Positions 36,568-44,408 of a DNA stretch of 45,557 bases are shown here, in pieces. Position numbers and translations under genes: made by a program. Below the pieces are notes generated by a model. The model was not told the DNA's origin. It made no database searches and saw only the letters and a list, made by a program, of their open reading frames with translations. Location of the stretch: contig CAYUKQ010000005.1 in NCBI GenBank assembly GCA_964445355.1, positions 1 through 45,557 of the forward strand. Reading direction: 5' to 3'. Every line of letters begins with the position of its first letter. Position 1 is the stretch's first letter. The DNA comes from an uncultured Gammaproteobacteria bacterium (lineage in GTDB: Bacteria > Patescibacteriota > Microgenomatia > CAYQLK01).

Positions 36568-36584
36568 AAGTTCGGTTCAGCGTC

Positions 36585-36911
36585 CTATTCTCCGCCGACG
36601 AGGTGGCGGTTTTGGTCCGGCAAAGCACTGGCAAGCTCACTCCAGCTGGAAGGCCGAAGAGCTTCGACAGATCGGCGTTCGGCAACTTCAAGGAAAAACT
36701 CCAAGAAGTGTGCGATCTCGTCGCGGGCTGCACCATTGAAGAGATGCTTGACAAGCAGTCCGGCAACTTCGCGCCTGCCCTCCACGGCTTCAGCCTGATT
36801 TGGGGCGTGAATGTAGATTGCGGCGATGCGTGCTGCGTCCGGTGGGTACTTTCTGGCGAACTCCTGCATGGTCGCCAGAGCAGGGGGTGTTAGACCACCA
36901 TCACTGCTCAT
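36585..36911 (-). CDS. Hypothetical protein (108 aa)
   Basis: AGGAGG 8 nt before ATG; upstream TTGCAA-N16-TAAACT. Confidence 0.7.
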   Translation of the reverse strand: MSSDGGLTPPALATMQEFARKYPPDAARIAAIYIHAPNQAEAVEGRREVAGLLVKHLFNGAARDEIAHFLEFFLEVAERRSVEALRPSSWSELASALPDQNRHLVGGE

Positions 36912-36950
36912 TATCTTTTCCTCCTGTTTTTGGTTAAAGAACTATCAAAT

Positions 36951-36978
36951 AGTTTACTCCAATAGGTTTTTTTTGCAA
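36951..36978 (-). promoter_or_regulatory. Candidate promoter TTGCAA-N16-TAAACT
   Basis: Read on the minus strand upstream of the 108-aa gene. Confidence 0.45.
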
Positions 36979-36988
36979 ATTAAGGCAT

Positions 36989-37018
36989 AAAAAAGCGGCC
37001 ATATGGTTAATGACCGCT
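36989..37018 (-). terminator. Intrinsic terminator
   Basis: AGCGGTCAT-taaccat-ATGGCCGCT then T-run on the minus strand. Confidence 0.75.
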
Positions 37019-37030
37019 GAAAGTAGGTTT

Positions 37031-37471
37031 TTAGATGGCGATTTTTGGCTTGCGGACGCGGGCCTCCTCGCGGAAGCTGGAAACTTGCCCGTTGACCTTG
37101 AGCGCCACGTCGAACCCGTCGACATAGTTTTGGCAGCGAGTGAACAGCCAGGCGTTACGGATCAGTTCGCGGATAACCTGCTCGTACCCGTCGGCACTTT
37201 CGCTAGTCAGGATCGTCTGAAGATCAGCGACGATCATTTGACGAACGATGCTTCGTCCGAGTTCAAGTCGCACCGCATCATCGCGGCAGAGTACCAGTCG
37301 CAGCTGATGACCATCCGGCAGGATTTGGATGATCTCCAGCTTGCCTTGCGCCCGATCGGCAATGTGCGCCAACCGGCGGGCAAAGAACCAGAGCGCGTGT
37401 TCGTCGTTTTTGGGGATCCGGTTGATCTCCACCAAGAGTCGGCGAACGCTACGTGGTCTCCTGACTGTCAT
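37031..37471 (-). CDS. Hypothetical protein (146 aa)
   Basis: GGAGAGG SD, own promoter and terminator on the same strand; preferred over the overlapping + strand ORF. Confidence 0.7.
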   Translation of the reverse strand: MTVRRPRSVRRLLVEINRIPKNDEHALWFFARRLAHIADRAQGKLEIIQILPDGHQLRLVLCRDDAVRLELGRSIVRQMIVADLQTILTSESADGYEQVIRELIRNAWLFTRCQNYVDGFDVALKVNGQVSSFREEARVRKPKIAI

Positions 37472-37541
37472 GACCTCTCCAAAAAGTTAAAGTTTTGCGA
37501 TCTTATTAACCTTTTTAGGGGTTAAAAACCACAAGGCAGGT

Positions 37542-37570
37542 ATTTTAATTCAAGTCTGGGATTTTGACAA
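37542..37570 (-). promoter_or_regulatory. Promoter TTGTCA-N17-TAAAAT
   Basis: Read directly on the minus strand. Confidence 0.7.
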
Positions 37571-37621
37571 GATTTATTTTACTGAAATTAATAACCTGTA
37601 ATATGGGAGTTAAAAAAACAT

Positions 37622-37653
37622 AAAAAAAGGGAAGAGATTGTTGTCTCTTCCCT
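37622..37653 (-). terminator. Intrinsic terminator
   Basis: AGGGAAGAGA-caacaa-TCTCTTCCCT then T6; perfect 10-bp stem. Confidence 0.9.
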
Positions 37654-37795
37654 GCTCGTTGACCCTTGTTCAGGATCTAGAGTGACTCAGGAGGCCCGCA
37701 ATTGGGATCCTTCGCCGGCGCCTGGTGACCGTTATTCAAACGAAACAATCTTGTTCTGCAAACAGACCCCCTAGACGTTTTTTTGGTTTTTAACC
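37622..37795 (-). ncRNA. Candidate ~174-nt stand-alone non-coding RNA (or attenuator)
   Basis: Consensus promoter upstream, perfect terminator downstream, GC-rich structured body, no convincing ORF. Confidence 0.55.
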
Positions 37796-37801
37796 GTAGT
37801 C

Positions 37802-37830
37802 ATTGTATTATATCTTATAGTATTTGTCAA
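37802..37830 (-). promoter_or_regulatory. Strong promoter TTGACA-N17-TACAAT
   Basis: Read directly on the minus strand. Confidence 0.8.
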
Positions 37831-37869
37831 GGACAACTCTGGTTATAATAATATTTATAAAAGTAAAAA

Positions 37870-38574
37870 ATGATCTTTGAGCAGAGTGGATTGTTTTATG
37901 TTTATTCATTAATCAGCGATGGAAATATGTCGCTGAATTGGGGTGAGGAAAATAAAGTGATGCAAAACCGAATGCGTTTTTTGCAGTCTTGCCAATTAGA
38001 CACAAACTATGTTGTTCGGGCTAGTCTGGTTCACGGCACGGAGATCAAAGAAGTTGACGCCGATGACTGTGGCAAGGAATTTACGTGCGACTGTTTAATT
38101 ACCAAGGATCCAAAGATCGTTTTGAGCATGGTGACTGCGGACTGTTTCCCGCTTGTTTTGTACGACCGTACTAAGCAAATCGTTTCGCTGACTCATCTTG
38201 GCCACCGCGGTGTTACGGCTAAGCTTGCGGAAAAAGTTGTGGAAAGGATGCAAAACCTGGGCGCAAGCCTAACTGAGACGATCGCGATAATCGGTCCGGG
38301 AATCACAAAAGAAAGTTATGTTTTTAAGCAAGTCGATCAGATCAATGATAGTGATTGGCAGCCTTTTTTAGCCAAAACAGAGGACAGCCAAATAGCAATC
38401 GATCTGCCTGGCTATATTGTCCACCAGCTGGAAAAAAGCGGGATAAAAAAAGAAAATATTACCGACTTAAAAATTAACACCGCTACAGATCTGCGCTTTT
38501 TTTCTCACTATCGAAGTATTAAAAACAACGAAATTGAAGGAAGATTTTTGTCGGCTGTACAGATGAGGAATTAG
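37870..38574 (+). CDS. YfiH/PgeF-family (multi-copper polyphenol oxidase-like, peptidoglycan editing factor)
   Basis: VHG, TADCFP, HLGHRG, IGPGI, FFSHYR. Confidence 0.88.
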   Translation: MIFEQSGLFYVYSLISDGNMSLNWGEENKVMQNRMRFLQSCQLDTNYVVRASLVHGTEIKEVDADDCGKEFTCDCLITKDPKIVLSMVTADCFPLVLYDRTKQIVSLTHLGHRGVTAKLAEKVVERMQNLGASLTETIAIIGPGITKESYVFKQVDQINDSDWQPFLAKTEDSQIAIDLPGYIVHQLEKSGIKKENITDLKINTATDLRFFSHYRSIKNNEIEGRFLSAVQMRN

Positions 38575-38576
38575 AT

Positions 38577-39866
38577 CTATTTAGCCAGATCGGACAGTAT
38601 CAGCCTGCAGAGCTTGTGAGAATTGCCAGACCCCATCACCACTACAGCATCACCCGGAGTAACCAGCTTTGCAATGCTATTTGATACGGATTGAAAGTCA
38701 GGTAAGAATTCAGCTCGTGAGCCAATATTATCCGCAATTGTTCGTCCTGTAAAAAGCGGGTCAGGTTGTTCTCGTGAGGTAAAAATCTCGGTAATAATTA
38801 TATGATCAGCTAAACGGAGAGAGTCATTAAGCTGAGAAATTGTTGATCTTAAGCGACTAACAGTGTGAGGCTCAATCACGGCAATGATCTTGCCCCGAGG
38901 ATGAGTAGACCTGATCGCCTCCAAAGTTGCTGCAAATGCGGTCGGATGATTAGCGTAATCGTCATAGACGCAGATATTGCGTGGTTTGCCGATCAGTTCA
39001 ATACGGCGAGATAAGCCCATAAATCGTTTAAGTGAATCCAATGCAACCGACTGTGCTATTCCCAGCTCTTTTGCTAAGGTCAGCACACCTGTGGCATTAA
39101 TTAGATTATGACGACCAGCAATCGATAGATGAGTGTTTGAAGTTGGGGCACAAAACGGAACAAGTTGGAATTTAACCTTACCGAGTCGCTCGATCAAGGT
39201 GCAAATATTGACGTCATCAGGATTGTAAATCAGTGCCCCTGAATCAGATATTTGACGGACAAATTGCAGAAAAGTATCGATCACTTTGTCCAGCGTGCCA
39301 AAGAACTCCGGATGATCGAGCTCAATATTATTGAGTATGACAAAGTCGGGGCTGTAGGAGGCAAAATTATTATGAAATTCGTCGGCCTCAGAAACAAAAA
39401 AGTCACCATTACCCAGTCGGATATTATTCCCCCATCCCAGATCTGTTGCACCAAGCTCAACGACCGGATCGAGTCCGGTATCTTCCAGAAGATGACCGAC
39501 CATGGCGGTCGTAGTGCTTTTGCCGTGTGTACCTGCAACACAAATCAGTTTTTTATTTTGGTGCAGATAAAGACCTAAAAATTCCTGCCACTTCAGAAGT
39601 TTGTTGCTCGTTCTGGCGTACTCGATCTCAGGATGATTATCATTAAGGTAAAAAACAGCCGGTGAAACCGCAATGATGTCGGCCAAGTCAACATGATTCC
39701 TGTTGTGACCAGCATAGACTGGTATACCAGCAGATCGAACTTTGTCGAGATATGGGGTATCACTGCTTAGATCACAACCACTAACCTTAAAACCAAAATG
39801 CTTGGCGATCTGAGCAACCGCAGAAACCCCCGAACCTCCGATACCGACAAAATGTACTGATTTCAT
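38577..39866 (-). CDS. murC: UDP-N-acetylmuramate--L-alanine ligase
   Basis: GIGGSGVS, GTHGKSTTT, EADE, DDYANHPT, MGSG. Confidence 0.9.
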   Translation of the reverse strand: MKSVHFVGIGGSGVSAVAQIAKHFGFKVSGCDLSSDTPYLDKVRSAGIPVYAGHNRNHVDLADIIAVSPAVFYLNDNHPEIEYARTSNKLLKWQEFLGLYLHQNKKLICVAGTHGKSTTTAMVGHLLEDTGLDPVVELGATDLGWGNNIRLGNGDFFVSEADEFHNNFASYSPDFVILNNIELDHPEFFGTLDKVIDTFLQFVRQISDSGALIYNPDDVNICTLIERLGKVKFQLVPFCAPTSNTHLSIAGRHNLINATGVLTLAKELGIAQSVALDSLKRFMGLSRRIELIGKPRNICVYDDYANHPTAFAATLEAIRSTHPRGKIIAVIEPHTVSRLRSTISQLNDSLRLADHIIITEIFTSREQPDPLFTGRTIADNIGSRAEFLPDFQSVSNSIAKLVTPGDAVVVMGSGNSHKLCRLILSDLAK

Positions 39867-39889
39867 TTTTATATAAATGTATTTTAGCT

Positions 39890-39923
39890 AAAAAAATGGC
39901 GTCCCGATATTAACGAAACGCCA
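39890..39923 (-). terminator. Intrinsic terminator
   Basis: Minus strand TGGCGTTTCG-ttaatat-CGGGACGCCA then T-run. Confidence 0.75.
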
Positions 39924-39959
39924 AAGTAGAAAAACGTGTGAATTATGCTGCCTAATTGT

Positions 39960-40583
39960 TTAGACGCGGGCGGCAGCGAGTGATGCTTCGACCAGTTTAG
40001 TGAAGTCGTCAGCCATGGTGGCACGGTTGTGCCAGCCGACACTGAACATTGCAACTTCGTCCCGATCGGACAGGTCACGGCCGGCGTTCATGATCATGTT
40101 GGCCATGTCGAGCCGCTTGGCGAGCTCATCGGCAGGCATATCCTGCCTGGAGGTCATGTTGGCGGTCAGATACTCGGGGTCGCCCTCGAGTATAAACCAG
40201 CGCACGATACGGACATCTCCAGCCTCAGGACGCTCGATCAGCTCCTGCGGGACAGCTGACTGATAAACCGGATTGAGTTCGATCACAGCACCAGAGGCAC
40301 CGTTCTCGATCAATGACTGGATGTCGCTGACGCGGTAAGCGTAGTGGAAACCCTTGTTCTCGTGGTGACCCACAAGTTCTCCGGCTTCAAGGTGGCGATT
40401 GTAAACGCCTTCATCGATGCAGATCTTGGTTTCAACACCTTCCCCACGTGAGGGTCGGGTCGTTACCATTTGTGGATTGGCCACACCGAGCCGCTCAATG
40501 ACGGTTTGGGTGAGGTAATCCTTGCCAGCTCCGGAAGGACCGGAGATACCGATGACCGGGATTATTTTTCGCTTTTTATCCAT
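39960..40583 (-). CDS. Divergent guanylate-kinase-like P-loop kinase
   Basis: ISGPSGAGKD P-loop, TTRPSR, GFHYA; GC-rich. Confidence 0.75.
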   Translation of the reverse strand: MDKKRKIIPVIGISGPSGAGKDYLTQTVIERLGVANPQMVTTRPSRGEGVETKICIDEGVYNRHLEAGELVGHHENKGFHYAYRVSDIQSLIENGASGAVIELNPVYQSAVPQELIERPEAGDVRIVRWFILEGDPEYLTANMTSRQDMPADELAKRLDMANMIMNAGRDLSDRDEVAMFSVGWHNRATMADDFTKLVEASLAAARV

Positions 40584-40595
40584 ATCAAGTGCGTA

Positions 40596-40623
40596 ATTTT
40601 ACACTAAATTAGCCAAATGTCAA
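40596..40623 (-). promoter_or_regulatory. Promoter TTGACA-N16-TAAAAT
   Basis: Read directly, 12 nt before ATG 40583. Confidence 0.6.
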
Positions 40624-40644
40624 TTTACATTACTAGACCTATAG

Positions 40645-41211
40645 TTATTTAGAAACCTTATTGATGTCAGGTACACCAAAAAGTTTGGCAAGTTCACGGA
40701 ATTTTTGTACATTGTCTGGCCCGAATTTGGCAGCAGTTTTGCAGTAATCATCAAAAGTGTTGAATTTGGGATTTTTAGAGTGAAATTTGTCCGCGTACAT
40801 AACAAGCTTTTCTTCTAGTGATTCGGCGGTATAATCATCGGCCGGCAACGGAAGATTGTTGGATAGAACATATTGTTTGGTAAGCCCTAGACCTGTGTGG
40901 CATTTTGCTATTCGGCAAAGCGGCTCTGACAAACCTTCGGATTGCAATATTTCATATCCTATAATACCGTGCTTGATGTAGTTTGTCTCATCAAAAACCC
41001 CTTCGCGACTAATGAGTTTGTATGCACCGATATCGTGTAATAATGCCCCGCTTTTGACGAGATCGGTGTTTATTTTTATATTCTGAGATGAAAGAATTTG
41101 ATCGCAAATTTGCCAAACTATTCGACAGTGCGAGTAGATAATATTAAAAGCGTGGTGATTCGGTGCGTATTTGCGGTGTAAATCTTCGATCTGTCTATTG
41201 GTAGGATACAT
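40645..41211 (-). CDS. HD-domain (HDIG) metal-dependent phosphohydrolase
   Basis: HC..V, GALLHDIG, HG..G, CHTG.G, EEKLVMYADKF; ATG 41211 preferred. Confidence 0.9.
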   Translation of the reverse strand: MYPTNRQIEDLHRKYAPNHHAFNIIYSHCRIVWQICDQILSSQNIKINTDLVKSGALLHDIGAYKLISREGVFDETNYIKHGIIGYEILQSEGLSEPLCRIAKCHTGLGLTKQYVLSNNLPLPADDYTAESLEEKLVMYADKFHSKNPKFNTFDDYCKTAAKFGPDNVQKFRELAKLFGVPDINKVSK

Positions 41212-41259
41212 AAGGTTATTTTCAATTAAAAATACCAACAAACACTAAAAATACGAGAG

Positions 41260-42648
41260 CTATGCGAAAATTTCAATAAGTTTAAGTATGCCCGGGCGGA
41301 TCTGAGTATATTTGATCTTACTTGCTGTGGTATTGACGGTCGTAGTGAGGGTTTTTTGCAGCTTGGCAATAGTTTTGTCGTTGGCTGCTGTTTCAAGTAT
41401 TCTGACAACTTCCGACCAGTGTTGTGAGAGAATATTAAGCATTTTCTCCGTCTCGGGAGTAAGGGTCTGTGATTCATGGGCGGTTCTGAGTACGGCTCGG
41501 GCCATATCGGCATAAGTACTACTATTGTCGGCAGTGGTGAGTTCAGAACTATCAAGCACAACGATGGGCACACTGGTTGCGACTTCCCCACTGGCTGCCG
41601 CGTGACGGGCAAGAAGCTGAATATCAAACGACATATCGGTGATTTTGTCCGGCATTGCCACAACAGACGCAAGGTTGGCCGTGTCAAAGGCTTTGAACCC
41701 CGCTTGGGTATCAGTAGGCAGATAGTGGCCAAGTAAGTCGTTGCGAATAGTGCCTAGCAGGATCTTGGTGCGTTTTTTACCTTCGGAGTGTAGAAACTCG
41801 GCATCTTCGGACACGGATAATTCGTGCCTGCGGTTAGCAGTCACAGCAGAAGCACCATTAACGATAGGATGGATCAGTGTACCGATTAGTCCGAGATTGT
41901 AGGATAGGTCTGCGTCGGTGTAGACGACGATATCATCTCCGGACATGATCGAGCTGGCCATACCGGCATAGACAGAACCTCCCTTTTTGCTGTCAGAGGT
42001 GTTTTTAAGCTCAACAACTGCCTCTTTGACCAGATCCGGGATATTAGCTGAGCTGGCATTAATACAATCTTGCAAATAAATAACTTCGTGAGACTCGTGT
42101 AATCTGCGATGATCGATAATGCTTTGGATCGCCTTACCTGTCTCGGTATCACACCCGTCGTCGACCCAAATAAGTCGGATATTAATATTCGGGTTCGCCT
42201 TTGTAAGCCACCTGAGTTGACGATCTTTTTCGATGACAAAATTCTCCCCACTTGGGTGAGGATCGAGCGCCGAGTCAGAGCGCTGATGACCCCAGATCAA
42301 GCCATTGATCTCACGTGGGCGCAGACGGTGACTTTCACGAAAGACCGAAACCACAACACCGATTTGTAGCGGTCTGTGAATAATACTAAAGGTCGCTTTT
42401 GATATTGCAAGTTTGACTCCTGCATGAATAAAAAGAGGGGTATTTGGGTCTTTGAACAAATCTAGTTCCAGTTTTTTCAGCTCGATTAAGCTGCCATTAT
42501 AGGCTTTGATCAGTTCGTCAGCAAAATGTCTCAACTCTTTTTGGACATGCTGATCTTTGAAATTATGATCAGGCACGTGTGTCCAATCGCGACCCGGTCC
42601 GAGTGAGCCATTGATAAGTTCGAAGGTGTTTAGGTATGAAGCAGACAT
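41260..42648 (-). CDS. Soluble GT2 glycosyltransferase (polyprenol-phosphate glycosyltransferase-like motifs)
   Basis: VDDGC, KKGGSV..G, YTDADLS, ANR, DTQAGFKAF, FDIQLL; no TM helices evident. Confidence 0.82.
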   Translation of the reverse strand: MSASYLNTFELINGSLGPGRDWTHVPDHNFKDQHVQKELRHFADELIKAYNGSLIELKKLELDLFKDPNTPLFIHAGVKLAISKATFSIIHRPLQIGVVVSVFRESHRLRPREINGLIWGHQRSDSALDPHPSGENFVIEKDRQLRWLTKANPNINIRLIWVDDGCDTETGKAIQSIIDHRRLHESHEVIYLQDCINASSANIPDLVKEAVVELKNTSDSKKGGSVYAGMASSIMSGDDIVVYTDADLSYNLGLIGTLIHPIVNGASAVTANRRHELSVSEDAEFLHSEGKKRTKILLGTIRNDLLGHYLPTDTQAGFKAFDTANLASVVAMPDKITDMSFDIQLLARHAAASGEVATSVPIVVLDSSELTTADNSSTYADMARAVLRTAHESQTLTPETEKMLNILSQHWSEVVRILETAANDKTIAKLQKTLTTTVNTTASKIKYTQIRPGILKLIEIFA

Positions 42649-42682
42649 AGCAATGGCTTTTATGCTGGATCAATAAAAAGAA

Positions 42683-43771
42683 TTATTTAAGCGATAAGAG
42701 TGATTTGACCTTATCAACTGCTCTAGTCAGATCGTCATTGACTACGTAGACAATACCGAGATCAGGATTGTCGGCAAAAAGCGTTGTTTCAGCGACTTCC
42801 GTGATCTGTCCGGGTCCCATGGTGGATTCGAGATAAGAGTCTTTGACACTATAGCGACCGGATACTTCCGGATCCTGATGAGTGGGATCACCGTAGGTAC
42901 GGACAATGACTCTGGTTGCCAGCTCTAATATTCCCCCACCGGGTGGCAAGATACAGATCGGTTGGAGTACCAGTTCTGGGAGTAATGCGGGGGCGTTTTT
43001 GCTAATATTTACTACTTCGCCAGGGCTCTGTTCAATAAAAGCCACATCGGAGGATTCAAAAGCCTCTTTGGTAGCCGCAACGGTCGTACCGTATCTGCCT
43101 CGACCTTCGCGGATCAAATCAGCCAGGAATGGTCCTTGTTCCAGGTAGCGGTTATTTCCGCTTTGGTCCTTGCCTTCGACGTCAACATCAGGGATATAGT
43201 GATAGTCGACACCTTCAACTTCTCCGGGGCGTCTGGAGCGTGTAGTCGTATTGACGACTCTTGGACCAGAGAGCTTAATGATCGTTCCTTTACCTGTACC
43301 ACCTATACCCAGCATAGGTACACCGATCTTTTTGCCAGCCGTAAGTGCCGCCTCGACTTTGGTATGACCCCTATCAAAGGTGAAATCTTCGAGCGAAGAA
43401 GCAATCTTCTCGTCGGGGATATTGTCGGTTACTAGTCCGACCCCTTCAGCCAAACGATGCAGGACATTGTAATAATTGGTCTGATATTCAAATAACGTAT
43501 CAGCCTTGAGAGCCAGCAAATCAGCGATTATCGTCGGATTGCGTTTTAGTTCTGAGCGGAGGGCTTTGACGTCGTCACTAGCTTCCTCTGAAATTTCGAT
43601 CATTGATGGATTGGCAACATAGCGCATGACGATCTCTGTGACGACACCTGTTTGGGAGGCTAACCACTTGCCTGCTTCTGTTTGACTGTCAGCTGCAGAA
43701 AGCGCCTCTTTGACTTCAGTTTGTATTGCATTGTATTTGTCTTTTTCTGCCGGATTCATTTTGTTTTGCAT
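42683..43771 (-). CDS. Guanylate-kinase-like protein with an extra ~130-aa N-terminal domain
   Basis: GIGGTGKGT, TTTRSRRPGEVEGVDYHY, GRYGT, ILPP, VVNDDL..AV; start assigned at MQNKMN. Confidence 0.78.
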   Translation of the reverse strand: MQNKMNPAEKDKYNAIQTEVKEALSAADSQTEAGKWLASQTGVVTEIVMRYVANPSMIEISEEASDDVKALRSELKRNPTIIADLLALKADTLFEYQTNYYNVLHRLAEGVGLVTDNIPDEKIASSLEDFTFDRGHTKVEAALTAGKKIGVPMLGIGGTGKGTIIKLSGPRVVNTTTRSRRPGEVEGVDYHYIPDVDVEGKDQSGNNRYLEQGPFLADLIREGRGRYGTTVAATKEAFESSDVAFIEQSPGEVVNISKNAPALLPELVLQPICILPPGGGILELATRVIVRTYGDPTHQDPEVSGRYSVKDSYLESTMGPGQITEVAETTLFADNPDLGIVYVVNDDLTRAVDKVKSLLSLK

Positions 43772-43962
43772 TTTATTTATTACTTGTATTGTTCTGCAGC
43801 TGTTTAGAGAACAAGAAAACAGCGCGAGAGGTGATTCTAACATCAGGCTAAAAAATACTCAACGAGACAGTGTGAATGGTGAAATAAAATAATCAAGGAT
43901 TAAAAAATAATAAAAAGGGGTTAAAATAAAGAAAGTAATTATAAAAATAAAAAAACAAAAAT

Positions 43963-44391
43963 ATGGCACGAGTAAGCACTTACCTTAACTTCAACGGCAA
44001 TACCGAAGAAGTGTTTAATTTTTACAAAGGCGTTTTTGGAACAGAATTTGACGGACCAATCGTGCGTATGGGTGAAGGACCAGTGCAGGAGAATCAACCG
44101 GCACTGACGGACGAACAAAAAAATATGGTCATGCATGTGAATCTGCCGATAGTTGCAGGACACCGGCTGATGGGTACAGACGCACCGGAATCGATGGGTT
44201 TTAAGCTGGTTTCGGGCAATAATGTCTATATTAATTTGGAATTGGATTCGCGTGAGGAAGCAGACAGACTATTCGCAGCCTTATCGGAAGGCGGTGAGGT
44301 CGAGATGGCACTGAGCGAGGAGTTTTGGGGCTATTTTGGTTCGTGCGTAGATAAATATGGTGTGAGGTGGATGGTCAACGTAGACAAGTAG
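43963..44391 (+). CDS. VOC/PhnB-like glyoxalase-family protein
   Basis: STYLNFNGN.EE..FY..VFG, VMH..L, FWG.YFG...DKYGVRWM. Confidence 0.92.
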   Translation: MARVSTYLNFNGNTEEVFNFYKGVFGTEFDGPIVRMGEGPVQENQPALTDEQKNMVMHVNLPIVAGHRLMGTDAPESMGFKLVSGNNVYINLELDSREEADRLFAALSEGGEVEMALSEEFWGYFGSCVDKYGVRWMVNVDK

Positions 44392-44408
44392 AGGTATAAA
44401 TTAGTTGG

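Noticed and set aside
37010-37525. 171-aa + strand ORF
   Set aside because: Antisense shadow; the - strand ORF has the SD, promoter and terminator.
37690-37730. SRP (4.5S) RNA suggested by CAGG...GAAGG
   Set aside because: Lacks the GNRA loop and AGCAG of the conserved SRP helix.
37520-37795. Integron attC-like site suggested by TTTAAC/GTTAAA ends
   Set aside because: Ends do not fit RYYYAAC/GTTRRRY, the 276-bp span is too long, and no integrase is seen.
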